Positions 37,907 through 47,280 are shown, numbered from the stretch's first letter. The stretch: 64,000 bases of DNA from an uncultured Pseudohongiella sp. (GCA_965115845.1 OZ220475.1:1496368-1560367), one strand, 5' to 3'. Numbers and translations are program-made. The notes: generated by a model from the sequence alone, not told the origin.

Positions 37907-39000
37907 ATGCGGTTCGCGGAAAGTATTATGACGGCGTCCGCAGCAAGGGCCTGGCCGCGAGCCTGTGCTGGTCCGCCGTCGGGGCGGCCGTCGTCACCGA
38001 CGCGGGGCTGCGCATCGATATAGACCGCGCGAAGCTGGAAGTTCCGAGTCCATTGCCGGGCACGCCGACGCGCATCGCTCTGGGCGAAAAGGAGAGCTTC
38101 GTCACCGGGGACAATGCCGCTATCGAGGAGTTGCGCCATGCGCTGGCATTGACCCCCGGCCTTGCCGGGCGCATTGAACGGCGCATGCCGGCGGTGGCGG
38201 CCGCGGCGGCGCTCGCGATCGCCCTGCTTGCCGGGCTCGGCGTCTGGGGCGTGCCGGCGCTGGCTTCGCGACTGGCCTTGCACGTGTCCGAGGATGTCAG
38301 CGCGCGGATGTCGGCAGCCCTGCTGGCGCAATTGGATACCTTTCTGCAACCCTCGCGAATCGAGCCCGAACGGCAGCGGGAGTTGACCCGGTATTTCAAC
38401 TCCCATGGCGAAATCCGCATACTCGAGTTCAGGGACGCCGGCATCTTCGGCGCCAACGCCATTACCCTGGGCGCGACCATGATCGCCTTTTCCGACGCGC
38501 TGGTCGAACTGGCCGATACCGACGAGGAATTATTGGCGGTCTACTTCCACGAACTCGGCCATGCCCGATTGCGGCATGTCGAGCAGAACCTGTTTCGCGG
38601 CTCGGCCTGGCTGGTTCTGCTGACCGTGCTGACCGGAGATGTCGGCGCGGTCGGCGAATTGCTCGTGAGTCTGCCGCTGGCGGCGGGACTGGCGGCCTAT
38701 TCGAGGGAGTTCGAGCGCGAGGCCGACGCCTTCGCCGTGGACCGCCTCATCGAAGCGGGCGTATCGCCTACAGCCCTGGCGAGCATCCTGCAAAAGCTGG
38801 AAGACCATCACGCGCGCCGCGGCGAAGCGGCGCGGTCGGCCGAGACCGGAAACCCCGGACAGCAAACCGATACAGCCGCCGGCGAGCGCTCGACCTTGCT
38901 CTCCCTGCTGGATTACCTCGCCAGCCACCCTCCTGCCGACGAACGCGTCGACTATATCCATTCCCGCATGCGGGAAATCCTTCGGCAGCCGGCGCCGTAG
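37903..39000 (+). CDS. M48-family zinc metallopeptidase
   Basis: VYFHELGHARLRH (HExxH) with TM segments. The N-terminus GKYYDGVRSKG is typical of the M48 partner of DUF898 genes. TTG start overlaps the DUF898 stop. Confidence 0.75.
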   Translation: MNAVRGKYYDGVRSKGLAASLCWSAVGAAVVTDAGLRIDIDRAKLEVPSPLPGTPTRIALGEKESFVTGDNAAIEELRHALALTPGLAGRIERRMPAVAAAAALAIALLAGLGVWGVPALASRLALHVSEDVSARMSAALLAQLDTFLQPSRIEPERQRELTRYFNSHGEIRILEFRDAGIFGANAITLGATMIAFSDALVELADTDEELLAVYFHELGHARLRHVEQNLFRGSAWLVLLTVLTGDVGAVGELLVSLPLAAGLAAYSREFEREADAFAVDRLIEAGVSPTALASILQKLEDHHARRGEAARSAETGNPGQQTDTAAGERSTLLSLLDYLASHPPADERVDYIHSRMREILRQPAP

Positions 39001-39013
39001 CGCGATTTCCATC

Positions 39014-39128
39014 AGGAAAGCCCTGACCAAGTCAGAGCTTTCCTGCGGTACAGGCCCGTGGTACAGGAGAGTGCCGCCGGGTTCGACGGCGCGAGCCGCC
39101 AAATCCGGGAGCAAGACAAAACCACATT
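39014..39128 (-). repeat. Modular intergenic repeat, reverse orientation, truncated (D-C-half B, lacks A)
   Basis: GGAAAGCCCTGAccaagTCAGAGCTTTCC...gggttcgacggcgcgagccgccaaatccgggagcaagacaaaaccaca. Confidence 0.7.
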
Positions 39129-39338
39129 CCGGGAGACGAGGAAAACTTGCCAAGGCAACACGATTGAGACAGTATCGAAATTCCTGCAATCAAAATTCTC
39201 CAACCCATCGCAAGGTCCAGTCATATCCGGATTTCAGGCTCATTTCCTTGCTGGAAATCGCTGGCCGTCAACCGCCTCGACAACGAGAAACCGGCGGTGT
39301 CCCGGATGTGGCGGGCGACCGATACGGGAGCGATTCCG

Positions 39339-39950
39339 ATGGAACTTGAAACGACTGCGAAGGTGCCGGTCGAAAGGCTCCGCCTCGATCCGTTGAATCC
39401 AAGGCTGATCGGCGGGGATGAGAAAGCGTCCGACGAGGCGATTATCGCCCGGCTCTATCGCGCCGCTGAACTCGACGAGTTGCTCCAGTCGATCACTGCC
39501 AACGGTTACATGGACATCGAGCCGCTGGTCGTGATGGGTGATCTCGACTCGGAAAGCGGCGCCTTGACGGTGCTGGAAGGAAATCGGCGGCTTGCCGCAC
39601 TGCGTCTGCTGCGAGAGCCGGATTTGGTTCAGAGGATTCGGGACTCGGAGGGGGTTCGCATTTCAGTGCCGCGTATCGACGACCTGCGCCGAGCCGCCAC
39701 CCTCGACGCGGTGTCGGTGTATCCCGTCGCCAATCGCGAGCGCGCGCGGTCGTTCATCGGCTTCAAGCACATCAACGGCCCGGCGAAGTGGGACGCGTAC
39801 GCGAAGGCGCGGTTTGCGGCGGAATGGTACAGGTCGGGGCGAGCCGAGGGCATTGGTCTGGCGGCTATCGCCAGAGCCATCGGCGACAAGCATGACACCA
39901 TCAAGCGAATGGTTTCCGCCATCTACGTAGTTGGAGCAGGCCAAGGATGA
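39339..39950 (+). pseudogene. ParB/Srx N-terminal domain protein, apparently truncated or frameshifted at its 3' end
   Basis: MELETTAKVPVERLRLDPLNPRLIGG...VLEGNRRLAALRLL is the ParB-like GxxR box. The ORF stops at ...AIYVVGAGQG. A different frame continues as LEQAKDDFALWEMYF for about 35 codons and then stops. Confidence 0.5.
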
Positions 39951-40114
39951 TTTCGCGTTATGGGAAATGTACTTCACCGCCTTCGGGTGCCTCGCCGCGT
40001 CGCGGAAGCGGCGCAGCTCGCGAAGGAACCCGGAACGATGATCGAAGAATACGGCCAGCTGGCGGAAGCCGCGCGGTGGGTCGCGGACTATCGGGGTCGA
40101 GCGAGGGTGGCGGC

Positions 40115-41206
40115 ATGAGACATCGATTCCATTCGATCTGTCCTTATTTCGCCATGTTTCCAGAGACTTTCGTCGAGAAGCATCTCGCGGCGAGCCAGCA
40201 CCGGGGCGTTGTGTTCGACCCGTTCTGCGGGCGCGGGACGGCGGTTTTCCAGGCGCTCTTGCAGGATCGGGCCGCGGCCGGCTGCGATATGAACCCGGTT
40301 GCGGTCTGCATCTCCGGCGCGAAATGCGACCCGCCCGCGCAGCCCGAGGTCGAAACGCGGCTGGCGGAACTGCGCGACGGAGTCCGCTTCGGGGAAAATC
40401 GCGAATGGGACGGCGCCCATGCGGACTTCTTCGAACACTGCTTTCACCGCGACACGCTGTCGCAAGTGCTCCATTTGAGGTCGGCGCTCGACTGGCGCCG
40501 CCGCAGGGAAGACCGGTTCATCGCCGCGCTTTGCCTGGGTGCGCTGCATGGCGAGTCCCACCGGTCGCCCAATTGCTTCAGCAACCGCATGCCTCGCGCC
40601 ATCAGCACGAAACCGGACTATTCGGTGCGATGGTGGCGAAAGAACGGGTATGCGCCGCCGCCGCGCAATGTGTTCGATATCCTCGAACGAATGATCGAGT
40701 ATCGGTTTCGGTCGCGCCCTCCGCAACGAACAGGCAGCGTGGTCGAGTCGGATGCGCGACAAGTCGGCGACGTATTTCCGGGATTGAAGGGTCGCGTGAC
40801 CGACATCATCACCTCCCCGCCCTACCTCGATACAACGAATTATCGCGAGGATCAGTGGCTGCGCCTGTGGTTCCTCGGTTACAGGCCCATGGCTGCGCGC
40901 GACCGCGCCGACGACCGGCACTACAGCAAGGAAATATACTGGGAATTCTTGCGGGCATCCTGGAGAGGACTCGCTCCGTTGCTGGCGAAACAGGCCAGAC
41001 TGGTTGTGCGCATCGGCGGACGGCGCCTGAACAAGGCCGAGTTGCGAGAAGGACTCGCGCGGTCGCTGGAAGCAGGCCTGGACCGCAGCGCGCGGCTCGT
41101 CGATACCGGCATCAGTTCGAGAATCGGCAACACGCAGGCAAACGCATTTCGAGGCGCGAAGGCATCGCAACTCATGGAACATGATTTCACATTCAGTATC
41201 CTTTGA
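40115..41206 (+). CDS. SAM-dependent DNA methyltransferase (amino-MTase; motif I before SPPY), orphan
   Basis: Start MRHRFHSICPYF at 40115 with GAGGGTGG upstream. VFDPFCGRGTAVF is a motif I-like SAM site. DIITSPPYLDTTNY is motif IV, (S/D/N)PP(Y/F). No nuclease gene is adjacent. The stop codon lies inside the next repeat copy. Confidence 0.7.
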   Translation: MRHRFHSICPYFAMFPETFVEKHLAASQHRGVVFDPFCGRGTAVFQALLQDRAAAGCDMNPVAVCISGAKCDPPAQPEVETRLAELRDGVRFGENREWDGAHADFFEHCFHRDTLSQVLHLRSALDWRRRREDRFIAALCLGALHGESHRSPNCFSNRMPRAISTKPDYSVRWWRKNGYAPPPRNVFDILERMIEYRFRSRPPQRTGSVVESDARQVGDVFPGLKGRVTDIITSPPYLDTTNYREDQWLRLWFLGYRPMAARDRADDRHYSKEIYWEFLRASWRGLAPLLAKQARLVVRIGGRRLNKAELREGLARSLEAGLDRSARLVDTGISSRIGNTQANAFRGAKASQLMEHDFTFSIL

Positions 41207-41357
41207 ATAATTCCATCCATGGTTATTCATTGCCGCAAGACGAGCGCGATTTTGTCTTGCTCCCGGATTCGGCGGCTCGCGCCGTCGAATCCGGCAGCGC
41301 TCTTCTTGTACCGCGGGCATGCGCCGCAGGGAAGCTCTGACTTGATCAGAGCTTCCT
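41204..41357 (+). repeat. Modular intergenic repeat, full-length copy (A-B-C-D)
   Basis: tGAATAATTCCATCCATGGTTATTCattgccgcaagacgagcgcgattttgtcttgctcccggattcggcggctcgcgccgtcgaatccgg...cgcagGGAAGCTCTGActtgaTCAGAGCTTCC. Confidence 0.8.
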
Positions 41358-41449
41358 TTGCTGCCGGAATTCGCCTTCGGCGATAAAAATCCCCGCAAGG
41401 AGTTCGAGGCCGGTTGCCGCTCCCGTCCGCCTGACGGATAATCCGGGCC

Positions 41450-42040
41450 ATGGCTGTCTATCCCGAATCCAGACCTCCCGGCCGGCGTATCGGCCAGGGC
41501 ATGCTGATATTCGCCTTCGCCCTGGGGCTGGCCGCGCTGACCCGCCTGTTCGACGGCTGGCTCGGCGGCCAGGTCAATCCGAACCGGAACCTGCAAGGCC
41601 TGATCAATCCGGACGGCGCCCGCGAGGTCGTGCTCGAACGCAACCGCCAGGGCCATTATGTCGCCGACGGCGAAATCAACGGCGTGCCGGCGACCTTTCT
41701 GCTCGACACCGGCGCCACCGATGTCGCCATTCCCGACCATGTGGCGCAAGCGGCGGGACTGCAACGCGGCTATCCCGGCCGCGCCTCGACGGCCAACGGC
41801 ACAGTGACGGTATACGCCACGCATATCGACGAACTCGTCATCGGCAATATCGTGTTGCGCGAGTTGACGGCGAGCATCACTCCCAGCATGGGCGGCGACA
41901 CGATCCTGCTCGGCATGAGCGCCTTGCAACGCATCGAATTCTCCCAGCGGGGCGCGCGACTTACCTTGCGTCAGCCCGCCTCCGCCGACCAGCCCGCAGC
42001 GGCGCCCGCCCCGCCGGGGCCGCGGCGGGGCGGGCTGTGA
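41450..42040 (+). CDS. Retropepsin-like (clan AA) aspartic protease, membrane anchored
   Basis: GHYVADGEINGVPATFLLDTGATDVAIPDHVA has the D-T-G active-site block. An N-terminal TM helix is present. Confidence 0.75.
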   Translation: MAVYPESRPPGRRIGQGMLIFAFALGLAALTRLFDGWLGGQVNPNRNLQGLINPDGAREVVLERNRQGHYVADGEINGVPATFLLDTGATDVAIPDHVAQAAGLQRGYPGRASTANGTVTVYATHIDELVIGNIVLRELTASITPSMGGDTILLGMSALQRIEFSQRGARLTLRQPASADQPAAAPAPPGPRRGGL

Positions 42041-42906
42041 ATCCGGATTCCCGCTCCATCCCGGACGACCTGCGGGAACAGGTGAGCCGGGCGCTGGCCG
42101 AGGACATCGGCGACGGCGATATCACCGCCGCCCTGCTCGACGAGACGGCGACAGGCTCGGGCCGGGCCATGGCGCGCGAAGACACGGTGCTTTGCGGCCG
42201 CCCCTGGGTCAATGAGGTCTATCGGCAACTGGAACCGGCGTCGGCGCCGGACTGGCATTTAGCCGAAGGAGCAAGCGTCCGCGCCGGCGCGGCGCTCTAT
42301 ACGGTTCGAGGCAATATCCGCTCCTTGCTCGCGGCGGAAAGAACCGCGCTCAATTTCCTGCAATTGCTTTGCGGCGTCGCCGCCCGCGCCAGGGAGTTGG
42401 CGACCGCTGTCGCGCATACCGATTGCCGGCTGCTCGATACCCGCAAGACCTTGCCCGGCCTGCGCGGCGCCCAGAAATACGCTGTCCGCGTCGGCGGTTG
42501 CCGCAATCATCGCATGGGGCTGTACGACGCCTTTCTGATCAAGGAAAACCATATCCGGGCCAGCGGCGGAATCGCCCGGGCCATCGCTCGCGCCAGACAA
42601 TCGCGGCCGGACAAACCGTTGCGGATCGAAGTCCGCGACCTCGACGAACTCGAGCAGGCGCTGGCGGCGGGAGCGGATGTTGCGCTGCTCGACAATTTCA
42701 GTCCCCGGCGGATTCGCCGGGCCGTGGCGCTGAACGGCGGTCGCCGCAAGCTCGAGGCGTCGGGCGGCATCGACGAGGCGACGCTGGCGGAAATCGCCGA
42801 AACCGGCGTAGACTATATTTCGCTGGGTTTGTTGACCAAACATTGCCGCGCCGCGGATCTGTCTTTCCTGCTCGATCAACCTTGGCCGGAACGAGAGACG
42901 ACATGA
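42037..42906 (+). CDS. nadC: Nicotinate-nucleotide pyrophosphorylase (carboxylating)
   Basis: LAEDIGDGDITAALL...ERTALNFLQLLCGVA...DTRKTLPGLR...ALLDNF. GTG start overlaps the upstream stop. Confidence 0.9.
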   Translation: MNPDSRSIPDDLREQVSRALAEDIGDGDITAALLDETATGSGRAMAREDTVLCGRPWVNEVYRQLEPASAPDWHLAEGASVRAGAALYTVRGNIRSLLAAERTALNFLQLLCGVAARARELATAVAHTDCRLLDTRKTLPGLRGAQKYAVRVGGCRNHRMGLYDAFLIKENHIRASGGIARAIARARQSRPDKPLRIEVRDLDELEQALAAGADVALLDNFSPRRIRRAVALNGGRRKLEASGGIDEATLAEIAETGVDYISLGLLTKHCRAADLSFLLDQPWPERETT

Positions 42907-43094
42907 AGCGCATGCATCGAATATTGCTGGCCCTGTTCATGCCGGCGGCATCGGCGCATGTCGGCAACCTGGACCGCAACGCCATGAACGACATTCTCGG
43001 GGATTGTCCGGGTTAGGCCGCATTCGTTCGGCCGTTGAAATTCCCGGCCAACTTGCTACCATCGACGTATCTCCGCAGAAGTGGAGGAGCGGCG

Positions 43095-43421
43095 GTGACC
43101 GATCCGGCAGAAGTTCAGCGGATCGCCCTGGCGGCGTTCTCGGCGGGCGCGATAGTGCTCTTCGGTGCTTGCTACGCCGTTTTCCTGGCGCTGGCGCGGC
43201 TGCGCCGTCTCGATATCCTGCGCCGCCTGTCCAACCTGTCCTATCTGGCCCTGGCCGTTGCCGTGCTGGCGCTGGCCCGGCTGCTGCGACTCGAAGGGTT
43301 CTGGCTGGCCCTGGCGGCAATTCTGCTGATCGGCTACTACCTCGCTCCGCGCTTCATCTGGCGGCTTTCCGTCGCCACCCACGATTCCGGCGAAGATCAA
43401 ACAGGAGGACATCATGACTGA
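43095..43421 (+). CDS. Small membrane protein translationally coupled to norC
   Basis: GTG at 43095, preceded by GGAGGAG. About three hydrophobic helices (IALAAFSAGAIVLFGACYAVFLAL...). Its end overlaps the norC start by 8 nt. Confidence 0.5.
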   Translation: MTDPAEVQRIALAAFSAGAIVLFGACYAVFLALARLRRLDILRRLSNLSYLALAVAVLALARLLRLEGFWLALAAILLIGYYLAPRFIWRLSVATHDSGEDQTGGHHD

Positions 43422-44013
43422 TCCGGTCTGGTGGGCAAGCGAGAATTTCTGGCGCAAATGCGCGATCTTCGTGACCGCGTTCATGGCCGTGATTCTCATC
43501 TTTCTCACCTTTCATTCGGTCGACGCGATTACCGCCGGCGGCGAGCGCGTGCCGGCGTATTCGGTGATCAACCATCGCATCGATTACGAGTTCGACGACG
43601 AACGCGGCATGTATGCGCCGGTGATCGGCGCCGAAGCGCCGCTGTTCGGACGCATGCATACCGAAGCCGAGGCGCGGGCGCTGGTCGACCTCGGCAAACT
43701 CACGGTGCAGGCCAAGAACTGCATGAATTGCCATACCCTGTACGGCAACGGCGCCTATTACGCGCCGGATCTGACCAAGGCCTGGCTCGATCCGGGCTGG
43801 GGCAACGAACAGGCGCGGGAAACGCTGATGCTGATGTTCCTGACCGACCCCGTCGGCAATGCCCGCACTTTCGGAACCGGGCGGCGCATGCCCGACCTCG
43901 ACATCACCGAAGACGAGGCGCGCGGCATCATGGCCTTCCTCAAATGGATGTCCGCGGTGGATACCAACGGCTTTCCCTACGGCTTCGAGCCCCTGCCCCA
44001 GGGAGGTGAATAG
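43414..44013 (+). CDS. norC: Nitric oxide reductase subunit C (membrane-anchored monohaem cytochrome c)
   Basis: CMNCHTLYGNGAYYAPDLTKAW: a CxxCH motif plus the NorC signature context. An N-terminal TM anchor is present. Lies directly upstream of norB. Confidence 0.85.
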   Translation: MTDPVWWASENFWRKCAIFVTAFMAVILIFLTFHSVDAITAGGERVPAYSVINHRIDYEFDDERGMYAPVIGAEAPLFGRMHTEAEARALVDLGKLTVQAKNCMNCHTLYGNGAYYAPDLTKAWLDPGWGNEQARETLMLMFLTDPVGNARTFGTGRRMPDLDITEDEARGIMAFLKWMSAVDTNGFPYGFEPLPQGGE

Positions 44014-44015
44014 TC

Positions 44016-45515
44016 ATGGCGCTATCCGCTGATATCCCGGCCGCAACCATCGATGTCGCCGAGCCTCGCGCGGCGGCGCTTTCCGCCGGCCAGCAGCTGG
44101 CGCTGAAATATTTCGTTGCCGCCATGACGCTGTTCGCGGCCCAGACCGTGTTCGGCCTGCTCGCCGGATTGCAGTTCATCTACCCGGAATTCCTGTTCGG
44201 CATTCTCGATTTCAGCGTCAACCGCATGGTGCATCTGAACGCGATGATCTTGTGGATGCTGTACGGTTTCATCGGTTCGATCTATTGGCTGGTGGAAGAC
44301 GAGGCCGGCACCGAACTGGTCGGCAAGAAACTCGCCAATATCAATTTCTGGGTGCTGACCTCGGCGATCGCGGTAGTGGTGGTCGTCTATCTGCTGGTGC
44401 AGACCGGCGCCGGCAGCCTCGCCAGCATCTGGTTCATCAACGAAGGCCGGGAATACGTCGAGGCGCCGCGCTGGGCCGATATCGGCATCGTCGTCTGCAC
44501 CGGCGTGTTCTTCTACAATATCGCCGCAACCTTCATCAAGGGCCGCTGGAGCGGCATCTCCGGCACCCTGGTGCTCGACCTGATCGCCCTGGCCGGCCTT
44601 TATCTGGCGGGCATGTTCTACACCACCAATCTTTCGGTCGACCAGTACTGGTGGTGGTGGGTCGTGCATCTCTGGGTGGAAGCGACCTGGGAGGTGCTGG
44701 TGGGCTGCATCATGGCCTGGGGTCTGATGAAGACCCTGGGAGCGCGCCGCCGCATCGTCACCACCTGGCTCTATATCGAAGTGGCGCTGATGTTCGGCTC
44801 CGGCATTCTCGGCCTGGGCCACCACTATTTCTGGATCGGCACTCCCGAATACTGGCTCGGCCTCGGCGGCTTCTTCTCCGCGCTCGAACCGATTCCGCTG
44901 GTCGCGATGGTGGTGCATGCGGTCTACGACGCCGGCCGGCACGGTTTCAGGAGCAATAATCATCCGGCGCTGGCCTGGCTCATCGCCCACGCCTTCGGCA
45001 ATTTCCTCGGCGCCGGCGTCTGGGGCTTCATGCAGACCCTGCCCCAGATCAATCTCTATACCCACGGCACGCAATGGACCGCTTCCCATGGCCATCTGGC
45101 ATTTTTCGGCGCCTACGCGACCATCAACATCGCCTTTATCTACATCGCCCTGCAACACTGGCGCGGCGATGTCTGGATGTCGAGCGATCTCGCCGACGGC
45201 GGCTGGAAGTGGAAATGGTCGCTCGGACTGCAACACGTCGGCGTCATGGGCATGACCATAGCCTTGCTGATCGCGGGCTACGAACAGTCATTTGTCGAGC
45301 GCGCCATCGGCGGCTCGACCTGGAGCGCCTTCTTCGACGGCCAGACCCGGCCCTGGTTCCTGCAAGCCATGCAATGGCGCGTGGTGTTCGGCGCGGTGAT
45401 GAGCGTCGGCATGGCGATCTTGTTCTGGGATTTGCTGACCATCGGGCGAAACGAGACCCGTCCGGCGAAACAGGTGCCCGACCCGGAAGCCGAGCCGGCC
45501 CTGGAGGGGCTCTGA
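44016..45515 (+). CDS. norB: Nitric oxide reductase subunit B (haem-copper oxidase superfamily)
   Basis: 499 aa and multi-TM. WWWVVHLWVEATWEVL matches the cNOR HLWVE block. HHYFWIG supplies the His-His ligands. Confidence 0.88.
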   Translation: MALSADIPAATIDVAEPRAAALSAGQQLALKYFVAAMTLFAAQTVFGLLAGLQFIYPEFLFGILDFSVNRMVHLNAMILWMLYGFIGSIYWLVEDEAGTELVGKKLANINFWVLTSAIAVVVVVYLLVQTGAGSLASIWFINEGREYVEAPRWADIGIVVCTGVFFYNIAATFIKGRWSGISGTLVLDLIALAGLYLAGMFYTTNLSVDQYWWWWVVHLWVEATWEVLVGCIMAWGLMKTLGARRRIVTTWLYIEVALMFGSGILGLGHHYFWIGTPEYWLGLGGFFSALEPIPLVAMVVHAVYDAGRHGFRSNNHPALAWLIAHAFGNFLGAGVWGFMQTLPQINLYTHGTQWTASHGHLAFFGAYATINIAFIYIALQHWRGDVWMSSDLADGGWKWKWSLGLQHVGVMGMTIALLIAGYEQSFVERAIGGSTWSAFFDGQTRPWFLQAMQWRVVFGAVMSVGMAILFWDLLTIGRNETRPAKQVPDPEAEPALEGL

Positions 45516-45528
45516 TCCAAGTATCCTC

Positions 45529-45690
45529 TGAATAATTCCATCCATGGAATTATTCATTGCCGCAAGACAAAAGCGTGGTTTTGTCTTGCTCCCGGATTCA
45601 ATGGCTTGCGCCATCGAATCCGGCGGCGCATCCCAGCGCCCTGGTTTTGCGGCAATGAACAATGCCGCGGATGGCATTGCCCGGAGGATG
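45529..45690. repeat. Modular intergenic repeat: forward A-B-C joined head-to-head to a degenerate reverse B-A
   Basis: Forward part: tGAATAATTCCATCCATGGAATTATTCattgccGCAAGACAAAAgcgtggTTTTGTCTTGCtcccggattcaatggcttgcgccatcgaatccgg. Reverse part: ttttgcggcaatgaacaatgccgcggatggcattgccc. Confidence 0.7.
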
Positions 45691-45729
45691 CCGAGCGGAC
45701 TGGATGATGCGAATCGGAGGAACAAATTC

Positions 45730-46044
45730 ATGAAAGAAGGTTCAGGAATATTGCTCGCCGCGCTGCTGCTGGCGACCCCGGCGCTGGCCCAGGAAGGCGA
45801 CGCGGATGCGGGCCGCGACAAGGCGACGGCCTGCGCCGCCTGCCACGGCCCCAACGGCATAAGCGCGAATCCGCTATGGCCCAATCTCGCGGGCCAGCAG
45901 GAAGCCTATCTGGCGAAACAGATCAGGGACTTCCGCGACGGCGTGCGCGAGGATATCTCGATGCAGCCCTTCGTGGCGCAATTGTCGGAACAGGACATAG
46001 CCGATCTGGCGGCCTGGTTCGCATCCTTGCCGGCGGGGGGCTGA
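45730..46044 (+). CDS. Class I c-type cytochrome (monohaem, secreted)
   Basis: GGAGGAA SD upstream. MKEGSGILLAALLLATPALAQ signal peptide. CAACHG haem site with a downstream Met (SMQPF). Confidence 0.8.
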   Translation: MKEGSGILLAALLLATPALAQEGDADAGRDKATACAACHGPNGISANPLWPNLAGQQEAYLAKQIRDFRDGVREDISMQPFVAQLSEQDIADLAAWFASLPAGG

Positions 46045-46057
46045 ACGGCGGCGCCGG

Positions 46058-46441
46058 TCACGGCTGGACGATATTGATCTCTTCCATGCCGTTGTCGGGG
46101 TCGAGCGGGGTTTCTCCGGCGGGAAAACCCTGCTCGGCGAGGATATAGGCGACCACATCGGTGTATTCATCGAACATCAGGGAGCCGGGATTGTCGGCCG
46201 GCATGGTGCCCATGATCGACTCCCACAGCCATAACAGCGGCTGGTTATTCCAGGAGCGCAAGGCGTCGCGATAGAAGCGCATGTCGTGGCAGGTGCGGCA
46301 GACGCTGTCGTAAACGGGCTTGCCCGCGTCGGCCTGGGCCTGGGTGAAGACGCCGTCGAGCACGGTCTTTTGTTGCGCGAGAGACCATTGCGCGCCAAGC
46401 AGGCAAACCGCGAACATCGCAATCCGAAACGCTGTTTTCAT
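46058..46441 (-). CDS. Secreted protein with single CxxCH haem-binding motif
   Basis: Trimmed to MKTAFRIAMFAVCLLGAQWSLAQ at 46441 (GGAG upstream). CRTCH motif. The upstream part of track ORF 46058-46810 is repeat sequence. Confidence 0.65.
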   Translation of the reverse strand: MKTAFRIAMFAVCLLGAQWSLAQQKTVLDGVFTQAQADAGKPVYDSVCRTCHDMRFYRDALRSWNNQPLLWLWESIMGTMPADNPGSLMFDEYTDVVAYILAEQGFPAGETPLDPDNGMEEINIVQP

Positions 46442-46496
46442 TTCAACACTCCGCCCGGGCCGGCGCGCGGATCCCGACCAATCCTGTATCCGAACA

Positions 46497-46645
46497 GGGA
46501 AGCTCCGATCAGGCCGGAGTTTCCCTGCGGCGCATGCCCGCGGTACAAGCCCGCAGTATAAGAGAGCGCCGCCGAATCCGCGAGCAAGACAAAACCGCGC
46601 TCCTGTCTTGCGACAATGAATAATTCCATGGCTGGAATTATTCAG
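46497..46645 (-). repeat. Modular intergenic repeat, reverse orientation, full length (D-C-B-A)
   Basis: gggaagctccgatcaggccggagtttccc...gccgaatccgcgagcaagacaaaaccgcgctcctgtcttgcgacaatGAATAATTCCATGGCTGGAATTATTC. Confidence 0.8.
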
Positions 46646-46863
46646 AAAGCTTCGAACCTTAACCCACATCGCTGTTTCTTGCAAGCCTTGCCGGAGCCGA
46701 TTTCCGTCTGCAAAACAACCGCTTACCGGCAAGATTGCGGCCCTCCCGCTGAATGGCCGCTGAACAGGCAGGGCGCGCGGCCAAAAAAATTTTCGGCGGT
46801 TTTTTCTCATTTGCCGGGATTTGCGCCTAGGCTTGTTTCCGCAATCACCAGGAGACGGAAACC

Positions 46864-47280
46864 ATGCAATACTCCCAACGGGGCTTTACCCTGATCGAAT
46901 TGATGATTGTCGTGGCAATCATCGGCATTCTGGCGGCAGTCGCCCTGCCCTCCTATCGCAATTATGCGGAACGCGCCGAGTTCGCCGAACTCGTGCTGGC
47001 GGCAACGCCATTGAAAACCGCGGTGGAACTGGCGATCCAGACCCGCGGCCCCGCCTCGCTGGCGGAACTCGACGGCGGCGCCCTCGGCATACCCGCCAAT
47101 ATCGAGGCGACCGCCGCGGTCCACGGCGCCGACGTGACCGACGGCGTCATCACAATGACCTGGCGGCAGGAAGAAGATTCCAATCTGAGCGGGGCAACCT
47201 ATACCTTGAGCGCCGCCGGCGCGACTGCGCCGGTAACCTGGACCGAAGGCGGCAGCTGCCTGGACAACGGCCTGTGCTGA
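46864..47280 (+). CDS. pilA: Type IVa major pilin
   Basis: [34 protein letters not shown] is the prepilin leader plus the conserved N-terminal helix. A C-terminal Cys pair is present ([10 protein letters not shown]). Confidence 0.9.
   Translation: MQYSQRGFTLIELMIVVAIIGILAAVALPSYRNYAERAEFAELVLAATPLKTAVELAIQTRGPASLAELDGGALGIPANIEATAAVHGADVTDGVITMTWRQEEDSNLSGATYTLSAAGATAPVTWTEGGSCLDNGLC

Noticed and set aside
42903-43016. 37-codon ORF MKRMHRILLALFMPAASAHVGNLDRNAMNDILGDCPG, which overlaps the nadC stop (ATGA)
   Set aside because: The translational-coupling geometry is suggestive, but the ORF is short, has no recognisable motif, and conservation cannot be assessed here. Not reported as a feature.
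46800-46863. Sigma-54 (TGGCAC-N5-TTGC) promoter upstream of pilA
   Set aside because: The GG and GC dinucleotides cannot be placed at the required spacing in ...tttgccgggatttgcgcctaggcttg.... There is no support from sequence alone.
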